Shown here: piece after piece, positions 1-10,049 of the stretch | How positions within the stretch are numbered: position 1 is the stretch's first letter | How the letters are laid out: each line of letters opens with the position of its first letter | Assembly: GCA_963674595.2 (NCBI GenBank) | Contig: CAXXFV010000005.1 | Span: 10,500-74,499 of the forward strand | DNA: 64,000 nt | Origin: a bacterium | Lineage (GTDB): Bacteria > Zhuqueibacterota > Zhuqueibacteria > Residuimicrobiales > Krinioviventaceae | Direction: 5' to 3' | The notes under the pieces: generated by a model | What the model was told of the DNA's origin: nothing | The model's database searches: none | The model's input: only the letters and a program-made list of their open reading frames with translations | Position numbers and translations under genes: made by a program

Positions 1-1
1 A

Positions 2-361
2 GAATGCTTACCTTCTCCATTACCTAGCTGGTTTTACAACGTTTCCAGTGGTGACTATGCTTTAGAGTTACTATTGACAACCAATGGCGATTCCTATTAT
101 ATGAACGAGACAATGAGTATTTATCGAAAAAATGCGTTAAATAGTTTAAGTTTGCAAGGTAACAAGCCGCTGGAACATCTCTTCAATCTTTATTATTTAC
201 AAAGAGAATTTTTGAAAATACACTATAAGAAGGATCCATTAATCATGCATTATATACTTCTACGGACTAAATATAATATTATGAAAGTATGGATATACAA
301 CCACTTTCAATTCGTTGAATATTTAAAAAACAAAATATTCTATTCACAAAAATTTATGTAA
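2..361 (+). CDS. C-terminal part of a glycosyltransferase (probably GT2), 5'-truncated by the window edge
   Basis: The frame is open from base 2. ...SGDYALELLLTTNGDSYYMNETMSIYRK matches the GD-x-L...Y-x-x-E-x-MS-x-YR tail of GT2 enzymes, and the gene sits in a polysaccharide locus. Confidence 0.65.
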   Translation, partial: ECLPSPLPSWFYNVSSGDYALELLLTTNGDSYYMNETMSIYRKNALNSLSLQGNKPLEHLFNLYYLQREFLKIHYKKDPLIMHYILLRTKYNIMKVWIYNHFQFVEYLKNKIFYSQKFM

Positions 362-455
362 CTTTAAATCAGTTTGGGAAATTGGGTAAAATGAAGTTCT
401 ATAATGATACTTCAGATGTTTTTATGCTTACTAGGTTTAAAAGGTCTATTCAAAA

Positions 456-1682
456 ATGTTGATTTTTTTTACAGTGCTTTTCATTTTTCTTTTTATCGTT
501 GCGAAGAAAAAAGGCGAACCGTATGTACTAAGTAAATTCTTATTTTTGTTATACGGAATTTCTTTTTTGTGCTCTCTAATATTGGATATTTTTTATATTA
601 CTCAATATGTGAATTGGGAACCTTTAGTATATTTTAGTATTATTTTAATATTATGGATATTTCCATTTAATAAGATAAGTTCAAGGACCATTTCTGAACA
701 ATTGTATTTTAATCAAAGCCTGCTTAAAAAAATATCTATTTTCTTTATAGTATTCTCGTTAATTACGGTTTTGTTTTATTTGTTTCCCACAATTTTATTG
801 TTCAATTCTGACTTTTTTTATGCTAGAACGAACTTATTTGATCCTGATAGATCTTTAATTACAGGTGCTCTATCGAGCTTTTGGGCAATAATACCTCCAT
901 TATATCATATAAATCTGATTCTCTTTTTTCTTGCAACAAAATACAAATGGGATAAGAAGTATAGTATTTTGTTATTTATTTCTTCTTTTAGTTTTCCTAT
1001 TCAGACACTAGCGTTTTTTGGACGTGATGGCATGGTTTTATGGATATTAAATTTTTTCATTTTGTATTACGTCTTCAAATATAAAATGAATCGACATAGA
1101 TTGAATTATATTAGGAATAAGTTGCTTATATCTTTTTCTACAATATTTATTTTTTTATGGATAATCTCCTCATCTAGGTTTGGTGTTACGAGTATTAATT
1201 ATAACATCTATGGGGGTAAAGTATTGCTATCATTTATTGATTACATGGGACAGCAACCAGAGAATTTTTCTCGTGCATTTTTAATTGATTATCGAGAACA
1301 GCCGAACTATTTTCCTACAATTAATATTCTAAAATCAAAATTCTTAGGGATGAAAGTAGCAAATGATGATACAAAAAAGGAGCTCACAAGTTTGGGGCTG
1401 CTTGAATATTATAATGTTTTTGGATTTTTTTTGAAAAAGTTTATTTGGGAGTCCGGTAAGATAGGGACTCTTTTTATATCTATATTTTTTTTAATAATTT
1501 TTAGTAAACTTCGAAATAAATTTTTGCGGGATACAAGACTATCATCGTTTATAATTCTGTATACATTTTATCAAATTCCCATGAATGGGGTCTTCTATTA
1601 TCGACAGGGTGTTGGATCGTTTGATATTGCCTATGGTTTTATAATTGGACTTTGTCTGTATTTGAGAAATAATAATTCGTAA
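456..1682 (+). CDS. wzy: O-antigen/capsule polymerase (Wzy-like)
   Basis: 408 aa, about 10-11 hydrophobic helices, very low GC, lying among glycosyltransferases. Confidence 0.75.
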   Translation: MLIFFTVLFIFLFIVAKKKGEPYVLSKFLFLLYGISFLCSLILDIFYITQYVNWEPLVYFSIILILWIFPFNKISSRTISEQLYFNQSLLKKISIFFIVFSLITVLFYLFPTILLFNSDFFYARTNLFDPDRSLITGALSSFWAIIPPLYHINLILFFLATKYKWDKKYSILLFISSFSFPIQTLAFFGRDGMVLWILNFFILYYVFKYKMNRHRLNYIRNKLLISFSTIFIFLWIISSSRFGVTSINYNIYGGKVLLSFIDYMGQQPENFSRAFLIDYREQPNYFPTINILKSKFLGMKVANDDTKKELTSLGLLEYYNVFGFFLKKFIWESGKIGTLFISIFFLIIFSKLRNKFLRDTRLSSFIILYTFYQIPMNGVFYYRQGVGSFDIAYGFIIGLCLYLRNNNS

Positions 1683-1724
1683 AAGCGCTAATAAGTTTAT
1701 AAATTTAAAATTCATCTATTTATT

Positions 1725-3071
1725 ATGTTAAAAGATCAACCAAGGGTTCTCATTATCAGCCATAATTCACTTTCTTTGCACCAAAATAATGGTAAAACGT
1801 TGCATTCATTATTCCAAGAATGGCCCACCGATTCAATAGCACAACTTTATTTTCAGAGTGAGGTTCCAGAATCTAGTAAATTCAACAATTTTTTTCGCTT
1901 AACAGATTTGGACATTATCAAGACAAAAATTTCTTTAAATAAAAAAAAATGTGGACAACAATTATCAATAAATAGGGAAGACCGTTCAAAATATAGTTTT
2001 ATTGCAACTCTAAGAAGAATTTTTGTGGGTCTTTTGAAAGACAATATTGGAATGATTTTGATTTTAAGGAATAAGATTTATGGAACAGACCTTTGGAAAT
2101 CTGAAAATCTAATTCACTGGATTGGAAAATTTAAACCTGATATTATTTTTTATTTAGGTGGTAATTATGTGTTTTCATTTCGAATTACAGCTTGGATATC
2201 AGAAAAATTTAAAATACCCTTCGTTGTCTATCTCACTGATGACTATGTTCTGAATTTAAAACCGAAAAACAATTTGGAAAAAGATATTATTAATGAATTA
2301 AAAAATACCTATTCAAAAACATTTAAAGAAGCACGTAAACGATTTGTTATTGGCGAGTTAATGGCAAAATCTTTTTCTGAGTACTTTAAATATGATTTTA
2401 TACCAATTATGAACACTACCGAAATTCGAGATCATTCGCTTAACGAAGAATGTACTGATAATGAAAACGTTAGAGTGGTATATATGGGGGGATTACATCT
2501 TAACCGATGGAAAAAGCTCGTTGAATTTGGTCAGATTGTTTATGATATTAATCAAAATTTTACCAATAGAAAAAAAATTGTAGTTGAAATTTTTTCCATT
2601 TCTCCTCCAAGAAAAAAAATTATTAATCTTTTAAATAATTCACCATTAAGATATTTTGGTGCATTGTATGGTGGTGCAGTAGTGAAAAAATTAAATGAAG
2701 CTGATATTTTATTGCATGTCGAAAGTGATGAAGAACCATATCGTTCTTTAACAAAATTGTCAATTTCGACTAAGCTATCCGAATATTTTGCATCTCACAA
2801 ATGTGTGATTGGTTTTGGTCCCTCTGATGTAGCTTCAATACGTTTACTATCAGATAATAACATAGGAATTACTTTGACAGAATTAGATTCGAACGAAGAC
2901 AAAAGAGAAAAAATATTGAAGTTAGTTAAAGATAGAAAAATATTAGAGAGCTACGGGGAAAGGAGTTACCAATATGCCCTTAAAAATTTTCATGGAGATG
3001 TAGTCAGGGAAAAGCTTAAAATCTTATTGAATGATTGTATTATACAAAGAAACGAGGGAAATAATGCTTGA
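1725..3071 (+). CDS. Glycosyltransferase (GT-B/GT4-like)
   Basis: VVYMGGLH...ADILLHVES...STKLSEYFAS motif typical of GT-B enzymes. Confidence 0.75.
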   Translation: MLKDQPRVLIISHNSLSLHQNNGKTLHSLFQEWPTDSIAQLYFQSEVPESSKFNNFFRLTDLDIIKTKISLNKKKCGQQLSINREDRSKYSFIATLRRIFVGLLKDNIGMILILRNKIYGTDLWKSENLIHWIGKFKPDIIFYLGGNYVFSFRITAWISEKFKIPFVVYLTDDYVLNLKPKNNLEKDIINELKNTYSKTFKEARKRFVIGELMAKSFSEYFKYDFIPIMNTTEIRDHSLNEECTDNENVRVVYMGGLHLNRWKKLVEFGQIVYDINQNFTNRKKIVVEIFSISPPRKKIINLLNNSPLRYFGALYGGAVVKKLNEADILLHVESDEEPYRSLTKLSISTKLSEYFASHKCVIGFGPSDVASIRLLSDNNIGITLTELDSNEDKREKILKLVKDRKILESYGERSYQYALKNFHGDVVREKLKILLNDCIIQRNEGNNA

Positions 3072-4080
3072 TAATTATGTTCTACTTCTTACTGGAGGTA
3101 CTGGTTCATTTGGGAATGTTGTTTTAAAGAGATACCTTAAAACAGACATTAAAGAAATACGAATATTTAGCCGTGATGAGAAAAAACAAGACGATATGCG
3201 AGCGCTATATAGAACAGATAAAATAAAGTATTTCATTGGAGATGTACGAGATTATAGCAGTATTGAAGATGCACTAAACGGTGTTGATTATGTGTTTCAT
3301 GCAGCGGCACTTAAGCAAGTACCTTCGTGTGAATTTTTTCCGGGAGAAGCAGTTAGGACGAATGTGTTGGGAACGGAAAATGTTCTCAATGCAGCACTAA
3401 GAAAGGGGGTAAAAAAAGTAATTTGCTTAAGCACAGACAAGGCAGTTTATCCTATAAATGCAATGGGTATTTCTAAAGCTTTGATGGAAAAAGTAATGGT
3501 AGCTAAATCTCGGTTAGTTAATAATACAATTTTGTGTGGTACACGCTATGGAAATGTTATTGCTTCAAGAGGATCTGTGATCCCACTGTTTATTGACCAG
3601 ATTAAAAAAGGACAACCATTGACAGTGACAGATCCTAATATGACACGTTTTATGATGTCACTCGATTCTGCAGTTGACCTAGTAATATTTGCATTTGAAA
3701 ACGGCAATCCCGGAGATATTTTTGTACAAAAAGCACCGGCCGCAACGATTGGTGAGCTTGCCCAGGTAATGAAAGAACTGTTTAATGTTAAGAATGAAAT
3801 AAAAATGATTGGTACACGACATGGTGAAAAACTGTATGAGACCTTGCTTACACGGGAAGAATTTGTGAGGACCGAGGATCTGGGTGACTATTACAGAATT
3901 ACCCCGGATAACCGTGACCTGAATTACAACAAGTATTTTGTTGAGGGTGAAGCAGAAATAGCTTCAGCTCATGATTATACTTCACATAATACTCATCGGT
4001 TGACGATGGGGGAATTAAAGGAAACTCTATTAAAGGTGAATTATATTCAAAAAGCTTTAGAGGAATGGAATGCAGGATAG
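3064..4080 (+). CDS. fnlA: UDP-GlcNAc 4,6-dehydratase/5-epimerase (FnlA/CapE/WbjB)
   Basis: TGGTGSFG, FSRDEKKQDDMR, HAAALKQVPSCEFFP, STDKAVYPINAMGISKA; likely start ATG at 3064. Confidence 0.93.
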   Translation: MLDNYVLLLTGGTGSFGNVVLKRYLKTDIKEIRIFSRDEKKQDDMRALYRTDKIKYFIGDVRDYSSIEDALNGVDYVFHAAALKQVPSCEFFPGEAVRTNVLGTENVLNAALRKGVKKVICLSTDKAVYPINAMGISKALMEKVMVAKSRLVNNTILCGTRYGNVIASRGSVIPLFIDQIKKGQPLTVTDPNMTRFMMSLDSAVDLVIFAFENGNPGDIFVQKAPAATIGELAQVMKELFNVKNEIKMIGTRHGEKLYETLLTREEFVRTEDLGDYYRITPDNRDLNYNKYFVEGEAEIASAHDYTSHNTHRLTMGELKETLLKVNYIQKALEEWNAG

Positions 4081-5182
4081 AAATATATTAATCACAGGTT
4101 CTGAAGGCTTTATTGGTAAAAATCTCTACTATCGACTTAAGGAATCGGGATTTACCCAGATATATGGCTGGGACAAGCAGAACAGTATTGCCGAGTTATA
4201 TGATTATCTGACAAAAGCAAATACTGTTTTCCATTTGGCAGGCGTTAACCGCCCTGAGAATATATCCGAGTTTGATGAAATTAATTCAGGGCTTACTGCA
4301 ACAATCGTCCATTATCTTGTAAAAATAAAAAAAACGCCTCAAATTATTTTCAGTTCTTCAACACAGGTAGCATTGGATAATCCTTATGGTAAAAGTAAAA
4401 GAGGGGCAGAAGAGTTACTGAAGCGTTACTCTGAAGAAACGGGTGCAACTGTTACTGTTTACCGTTTAACCAATGTTTTTGGAAAATGGTCAAGGCCAAA
4501 TTATAACTCTGTTGTCTCTACATTTTGTCATAATATTGCCAACGGTCTGTCAATTGAGATTCATGATAAGAATAAAGAGTTAGAACTTGTTTATATCGAT
4601 GATGTGGTTAAGTCTTTTGTTTCTCAATTGGCGAATATAAAGAAAAATGGTTTTATAATAAAAACAGGTGAGCCAACATATAGTATTACGTTGGGACAAC
4701 TTGCTGAATTGGTGACGTCACTAAGAAACTCCCGACATGACCTTGTATTATCTGATTTTTCTGATCCTTTTATTAAAAAGCTTAATTCAACTTTTTTAAG
4801 CTATTTACCAGAACATAATAATTTTCCTATTACAAAGGAGGATAACAGGGGCAAATTGACAGAGTTGTTAAAATCTAAACATATCGGACAAATATTTATA
4901 TCTACAACAAAAGAAGGTGTTATTAGAGGAAATCATTATCATCATACAAAAGTGGAAAAATTTTGTGTGATCAAGGGAAATGCTTTTATATCTTTACGGA
5001 AAATTGATAGTGATTCAATTATTAAATATAATGTTTCCGGTAAGAAAATAGAAATCGTTGATATTCCTCCCGGTTATACGCACAATATAGAGAATATCGG
5101 CAAAGATGAAATGATTTGTTTATTTTGGGCTAGTGAAATTTTTGATCCAGAAAACACAGATACATATTTTTTAAAAGTTTAA
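4070..5182 (+). CDS. fnlB: FnlB/CapF/WbjC reductase-epimerase with C-terminal cupin
   Basis: ITGSEGFIGKNL, HLAGVNRP, NVFGKWSRPNYNSVV, RGNHYHHTKVEKF cupin. Confidence 0.92.
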   Translation: MQDRNILITGSEGFIGKNLYYRLKESGFTQIYGWDKQNSIAELYDYLTKANTVFHLAGVNRPENISEFDEINSGLTATIVHYLVKIKKTPQIIFSSSTQVALDNPYGKSKRGAEELLKRYSEETGATVTVYRLTNVFGKWSRPNYNSVVSTFCHNIANGLSIEIHDKNKELELVYIDDVVKSFVSQLANIKKNGFIIKTGEPTYSITLGQLAELVTSLRNSRHDLVLSDFSDPFIKKLNSTFLSYLPEHNNFPITKEDNRGKLTELLKSKHIGQIFISTTKEGVIRGNHYHHTKVEKFCVIKGNAFISLRKIDSDSIIKYNVSGKKIEIVDIPPGYTHNIENIGKDEMICLFWASEIFDPENTDTYFLKV

Positions 5183-5243
5183 AGTTATTAATATTACCTA
5201 AAACTGTTTAAATTTAAATCGAACCCTCCTAGAATGTAATAAT

Positions 5244-6395
5244 ATGAAAAAATTTAAAGTTATAACTGTCGTTGGAACTCGTCCTGAAATAATCCGGTTA
5301 TCAAGGGTTGTTTCCAAATTAGAGACTTGTGATGCCATTGAACATGTATTGGTACATACAGGTCAGAATTATGATCATGAATTAAACCAGATATTTTTTG
5401 ATGAACTTGAAATAAAAAAGCCAGAATATTTTTTGAATGCTGCTGGTAAAAACGCTATTGAAACCATTGGGAAGGTTATAATTAATATTGATCCTATTCT
5501 TGATATAGTTCAACCTGATGCTTTTTTGGTTTTAGGTGATACAAATAGTTGTTTGTGCGCAATTCCTGCAAAAAAACGAAAAATACCTATTTTTCATATG
5601 GAAGCAGGAAATCGTTGCTTTGATCAAAGAGTACCAGAAGAAACAAATCGGAAAATAGTTGACCATATAAGTGATATAAATTTGCCTTACAGTGATATTG
5701 CTCGTGAATATTTGCTTAGAGAAGGAATATCGCCTGACAGGATAATAAAAACCGGCAGTCCCATGTTTGAGGTGTTAAATTATTATTTACCCAAAATACA
5801 AAAATCAGGTGTTCTTGAAAAGCTTAATTTAAAACCACAGAAATATTTTCTTGTTTCATCACATCGAGAAGAAAACATAGAAGGAAAAGGTAAATTTGAA
5901 AGATTAGTTGAATTGCTTAATAATTTAGCATCTATCTATAATTATCCTGTTATTGTTACAACCCATCCCAGAACAAGAAAAAAAATTGATTCTGAGGGTA
6001 TTACTCTCAATCCGTTAGTAAATTTGTTAAAACCTTTTGGATTGGTTGATTATGTGAAGTTGCAACTTTGTTCTTTTGTTACACTCTCTGATAGTGGCAC
6101 TATTTCTGAAGAATCTTCTATTCTTAATTTTCCGGCTTTGAATATTCGTGAGGCACATGAAAGACCTGAAGCGATGGAACAGACATCTGTAATGATGGTA
6201 GGTTTTAATATTGATCGGATTTTACAGGGTATTAAAATACTCGAAAGACAAAAAAGGGGCGCTTTACGCACACTTGAATTGGTTAATGATTATTCTATGC
6301 CTAATGTTTCGGAAAAAGTTTTAAGGATTATTTTATCATACACTGACTATGTAAATAGAATTGTATGGGGAAAAACCAAAATTGAATCTTGTTAG
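5244..6395 (+). CDS. fnlC: UDP-2-acetamido-2,6-dideoxy-L-talose 2-epimerase (FnlC/CapG/WbjD)
   Basis: [46 protein letters not shown]. Confidence 0.92.
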   Translation: MKKFKVITVVGTRPEIIRLSRVVSKLETCDAIEHVLVHTGQNYDHELNQIFFDELEIKKPEYFLNAAGKNAIETIGKVIINIDPILDIVQPDAFLVLGDTNSCLCAIPAKKRKIPIFHMEAGNRCFDQRVPEETNRKIVDHISDINLPYSDIAREYLLREGISPDRIIKTGSPMFEVLNYYLPKIQKSGVLEKLNLKPQKYFLVSSHREENIEGKGKFERLVELLNNLASIYNYPVIVTTHPRTRKKIDSEGITLNPLVNLLKPFGLVDYVKLQLCSFVTLSDSGTISEESSILNFPALNIREAHERPEAMEQTSVMMVGFNIDRILQGIKILERQKRGALRTLELVNDYSMPNVSEKVLRIILSYTDYVNRIVWGKTKIESC

Positions 6396-6398
6396 TTT

Positions 6399-7610
6399 AT
6401 GCGTATTTTATTTTTGACACAGTGGTTTCAACCAGAACCTATGTTTAAAGGTCTTCCTTTTGCGAAAGCTTTACAAGAAAAAGGACACCATGTAGAAGTA
6501 TTGACAGGTTTTCCTAATTATCCTAGTGGGAAAATTTATCCAAAGTACAAATTAAAATTCTATCAAAAAGAATTAATAGATGGAATATTAGTACATCGTC
6601 TTTTCCTCTATCCTAGCCATGACCGTTCGGGTATTAAAAGATTATTGAATTATCTAAGTTTTATGGTTTCATCTTTATTTCTTGCACCTTTTCTTACCGA
6701 GAGGAATGATATTATTTATGTGTATAATTTAATAACGTTAGGTTGGACTGCTAGGTTTTTGCGAGTTTTTAAAGGTGGTAAAATTGTATATGATGTCCAA
6801 GATATGTGGCCTGAATCTGTAACAAATTCAGGTATGTTGAATAATGAAATGTTGAATTGGATATTGAAATGCTGGAGCAATTCAATTTATAGAAAAGCTG
6901 ATCATCTAGTTGTTCTTTCCCCAGGATTTAAAAAGGAATTAATGAATAGAAAAATTCCTGATGAAAGAATTTCTATAATTTATAATTGGAGTGATAGCTA
7001 TGTCAAGGAAAGGACCTTTCTTTCTGATAACATAGAGAATTTATTTAAGTCAAGACAAAATTTTAATATTGTTTTTGCTGGTACAATAGGTTTCTTCCAA
7101 GCTTTGGATGTCTTGTTGGAAGCAGCTAAAGAATTGAAACAATATGATTCTTTTATTAAATTTATTGTGGCAGGTAGTGGAACAGAGGTTGAAAGGCTTA
7201 AAAAATCAGCACAAAAAATGTATCTTGATAATGTTCATTTTGTTGGACAAATAGATCGGCAAAATGTTGGTACATTTTTATCAAAGGCTGATGCACTATT
7301 GGTGCATTTAAAAGATGATCCCCTTTTCAGGATAACTATTCCATCAAAAACCCAGACTTACTTATCAATTGGTAAGCCTATTTTGATGGGTGTAAAGGGA
7401 GATGCTGCCGATATTATTAAAGAGGCTGACTGTGGTTATTGTTTTGAGCCTGAAGATTCTAGTAGTTTAATAAAAAACATATGCAAATTAAAAACAATAA
7501 GTATTGATATGAGAAACAAAATGGGAGAAAACGCTAAAAATTTTTATAATATAAATATGTCTTTTGAAAAGGCATTGGAATCTTTTTTATACCTTTTTAA
7601 TAATTTATAA
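6399..7610 (+). CDS. GT4 glycosyltransferase, WbuB-like (probable L-FucNAc transferase)
   Basis: LTQWFQPEP, VLTGFPNYPSGKIY, DMWPES, TIPSKTQTYL; follows fnlABC. Confidence 0.85.
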   Translation: MRILFLTQWFQPEPMFKGLPFAKALQEKGHHVEVLTGFPNYPSGKIYPKYKLKFYQKELIDGILVHRLFLYPSHDRSGIKRLLNYLSFMVSSLFLAPFLTERNDIIYVYNLITLGWTARFLRVFKGGKIVYDVQDMWPESVTNSGMLNNEMLNWILKCWSNSIYRKADHLVVLSPGFKKELMNRKIPDERISIIYNWSDSYVKERTFLSDNIENLFKSRQNFNIVFAGTIGFFQALDVLLEAAKELKQYDSFIKFIVAGSGTEVERLKKSAQKMYLDNVHFVGQIDRQNVGTFLSKADALLVHLKDDPLFRITIPSKTQTYLSIGKPILMGVKGDAADIIKEADCGYCFEPEDSSSLIKNICKLKTISIDMRNKMGENAKNFYNINMSFEKALESFLYLFNNL

Positions 7611-7617
7611 AAATTTT

Positions 7618-8220
7618 ATGTATTTAAAATTTAAAAATGTTATTGATATCATTTTGGGTATAATATTAATTTTAATTTTTTCTCCATTATTTTTAGTATT
7701 AATAATACTTTGTCTGATTTTCCAAGGAAAACCAGTTTTCTTTATTCAAACAAGGCCAGGATTGTCTGGTAAATTATTTAATATAGTTAAGTTTAGAACT
7801 ATGTTAAATAGAACAAATAAGGATAGTCTACTCCTTCATGATTCAAAAAGACTAACAAAATTTGGTTTTTTTTTAAGAAAAACAAGCTTGGATGAACTAC
7901 CAGAATTATTAAATATAGTAAAGAGACAAATGAGTTTTGTTGGGCCTCGTCCTCTTTTACCTCAGTACTTGGATCGATACACACCTGAGCAAATGAGACG
8001 TCATGAGGTGAAGCCAGGAATTACAGGATGGGCCCAAGTGAATGGTAGAAATACTTTATCTTGGGAAGAAAAATTTAAATTGGATGTTTGGTACGTTGAT
8101 AATATCTCTTTTAAACTAGATATGAAAATATTATTTTTGACACTTGTTAAAGTGATCAAACGTGAAGGAATAAACCACCCAGGTACGGCAACAATGGAAG
8201 AATTTTTAGGATCTGAATGA
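7618..8220 (+). CDS. Initiating undecaprenyl-phosphate sugar-1-phosphate transferase (PglC-like)
   Basis: KFRTM, RKTSLDELPEL, MSFVGPRPLL, KPGITGWAQVNGRN; likely start ATG at 7618. Confidence 0.9.
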   Translation: MYLKFKNVIDIILGIILILIFSPLFLVLIILCLIFQGKPVFFIQTRPGLSGKLFNIVKFRTMLNRTNKDSLLLHDSKRLTKFGFFLRKTSLDELPELLNIVKRQMSFVGPRPLLPQYLDRYTPEQMRRHEVKPGITGWAQVNGRNTLSWEEKFKLDVWYVDNISFKLDMKILFLTLVKVIKREGINHPGTATMEEFLGSE

Positions 8221-8849
8221 TGACAGATATTCTTGTAATAGGTGCTGGAGGGCATGGTCAAGTCGTTGCAGATATTCTAAGTATGAATCCATCTCATAAT
8301 ATTTTAGGTTTTCTAGATGACGATGAAAGTCTTAAAGGTACTCATATTTTAGATTATACTGTGTTGGGGCTTATTGATGATCTTTCAAATATTAAGCATG
8401 ATGCTGTTATTATTGCTATTGGAAATAATAAAATTCGGAAACAAATTGCTGAAAGGATTAAGAGGATAACCCGCTTTTGTAATGCGATCCATCCATCTGC
8501 TATTATTGCCAAAGATGTAATTATTGGAACTGGGATCGTTATTTGTGCCGGTGCTGTTGTTAATCCAGGTTCCCTTGTTGGTAATCATGTTATCTTGAAT
8601 ACCTGTAGTTCTGTTGATCACCATAATATTTTACAAAAATATATACATATCGCACCAGGGGCTCATTCTGGTGGTAATGTAAAAATGAATGAAGGTACTT
8701 TTGTGGGGATTGGGGCATCCATTGTTCCTGGAATAAGTATAGGTCAATGGGTTGTTGTTGGTGCAGGTTCTGTTGCATTAAATAATGTTGATGATTTTCA
8801 GGTTGTTGTTGGAAATCCAGCTAGAGTAATTAGGGATTTAAGAAAATAA
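8217..8849 (+). CDS. Sugar acetyltransferase, NeuD/PglD hexapeptide family
   Basis: IGAGGHGQVV, hexapeptide repeats, VVGNPAR. Confidence 0.9.
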   Translation: MMTDILVIGAGGHGQVVADILSMNPSHNILGFLDDDESLKGTHILDYTVLGLIDDLSNIKHDAVIIAIGNNKIRKQIAERIKRITRFCNAIHPSAIIAKDVIIGTGIVICAGAVVNPGSLVGNHVILNTCSSVDHHNILQKYIHIAPGAHSGGNVKMNEGTFVGIGASIVPGISIGQWVVVGAGSVALNNVDDFQVVVGNPARVIRDLRK

Positions 8850-8850
8850 A

Positions 8851-9987
8851 ATGGATAAAATTTGGCTTTCATCACCTCATATGGGTGAGACTGAACTTGG
8901 ATATGTTATAGATGCTTTTAAGAGCAACTGGATTGCACCTTTGGGTCCATATGTAGATAACTTTGAATATGAAATTTCACGTTATATAAAAGTTGGGCAC
9001 TGTGCTGCCCTCAGTTCCGGTACGGCTGCTATTCATTTGGCTTTAATTGCATTGGGGATTGGAAGAGGGGATGAAGTATTATGTTCTACGTTTACTTTTT
9101 CTGCCTCTGCTAATCCTATTCTTTATCAGTCAGCGGTTCCAGTATTTATCGAGAGTGAGGACAAGACATGGAATATGAATCCATTTTGGTTAAAAAAAGC
9201 AATTGAAGATCGCATTCACAAGGGCCAAAAACCAAAGGCTTTAATTTTAGTGCATCTTTATGGAATGCCTGCACAAATTGATGAAATTTTAAATATTTGT
9301 GAATTTTACCGTATTCCTGTGATTGAAGACGCAGCCGAAGCTCTGGGTTCCAAATATAAGGACAGGTTTTTAGGTAGCTTCGGAACAATAGGGATTTTTT
9401 CCTTTAATGGTAACAAAATTATTACTACCTCAGGTGGTGGAGCACTTGTTTCATCTGATAACGAAATTGTCAATAAAATCAGGTTTCTGGCTACTCAGGC
9501 ACGAGACGAGGCCCCACATTATCAACATTCTCAGGTAGGTTATAATTATCGAATGAGTAACATACTGGCTGCATTAGGTTTAGGGCAAATTCAAGTGTTG
9601 GATGATAGGGTGCGTCAACGGCGCTCTAACCATTATTACTATTATCAGGCATTAAAAGATATTGATGGAATTTCTTTTTTATCTGAGCCATCAGAAGATT
9701 ATTTTTCCAACCATTGGTTGACTTGTATTTTAGTTGATCCCAGATATACTGCTGGAATAACACACGAGGATATTCGGTTAGCACTTTTAAATGAAAATAT
9801 CGAATCAAGACCACTATGGAAACCGATGCATTTACAGCCTGTTTTTACTACTTACCCATATTATGGTGATGGTATATCTGAAAGACTTTTTAAAAATGGA
9901 TTATGTTTACCTTCAGGATCAAATTTATCTAAAAATGTTTTAAAAAAAATAACAAGTATCGTTCGAAAAACTGTTAAAAAAGATTAG
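8851..9987 (+). CDS. DegT/DnrJ/EryC1/StrS aminotransferase (PglE-like)
   Basis: SSGTAAIHLAL, IEDAAEALGS, SFNGNKIITTSGGG, GLCLPSGS. Confidence 0.92.
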   Translation: MDKIWLSSPHMGETELGYVIDAFKSNWIAPLGPYVDNFEYEISRYIKVGHCAALSSGTAAIHLALIALGIGRGDEVLCSTFTFSASANPILYQSAVPVFIESEDKTWNMNPFWLKKAIEDRIHKGQKPKALILVHLYGMPAQIDEILNICEFYRIPVIEDAAEALGSKYKDRFLGSFGTIGIFSFNGNKIITTSGGGALVSSDNEIVNKIRFLATQARDEAPHYQHSQVGYNYRMSNILAALGLGQIQVLDDRVRQRRSNHYYYYQALKDIDGISFLSEPSEDYFSNHWLTCILVDPRYTAGITHEDIRLALLNENIESRPLWKPMHLQPVFTTYPYYGDGISERLFKNGLCLPSGSNLSKNVLKKITSIVRKTVKKD

Positions 9988-10049
9988 CCTTTCACCTCAA
10001 TTTTTTTTCAACTTTTTATTTTATTATTGTTTTTGCGGAGGGTTTAGAA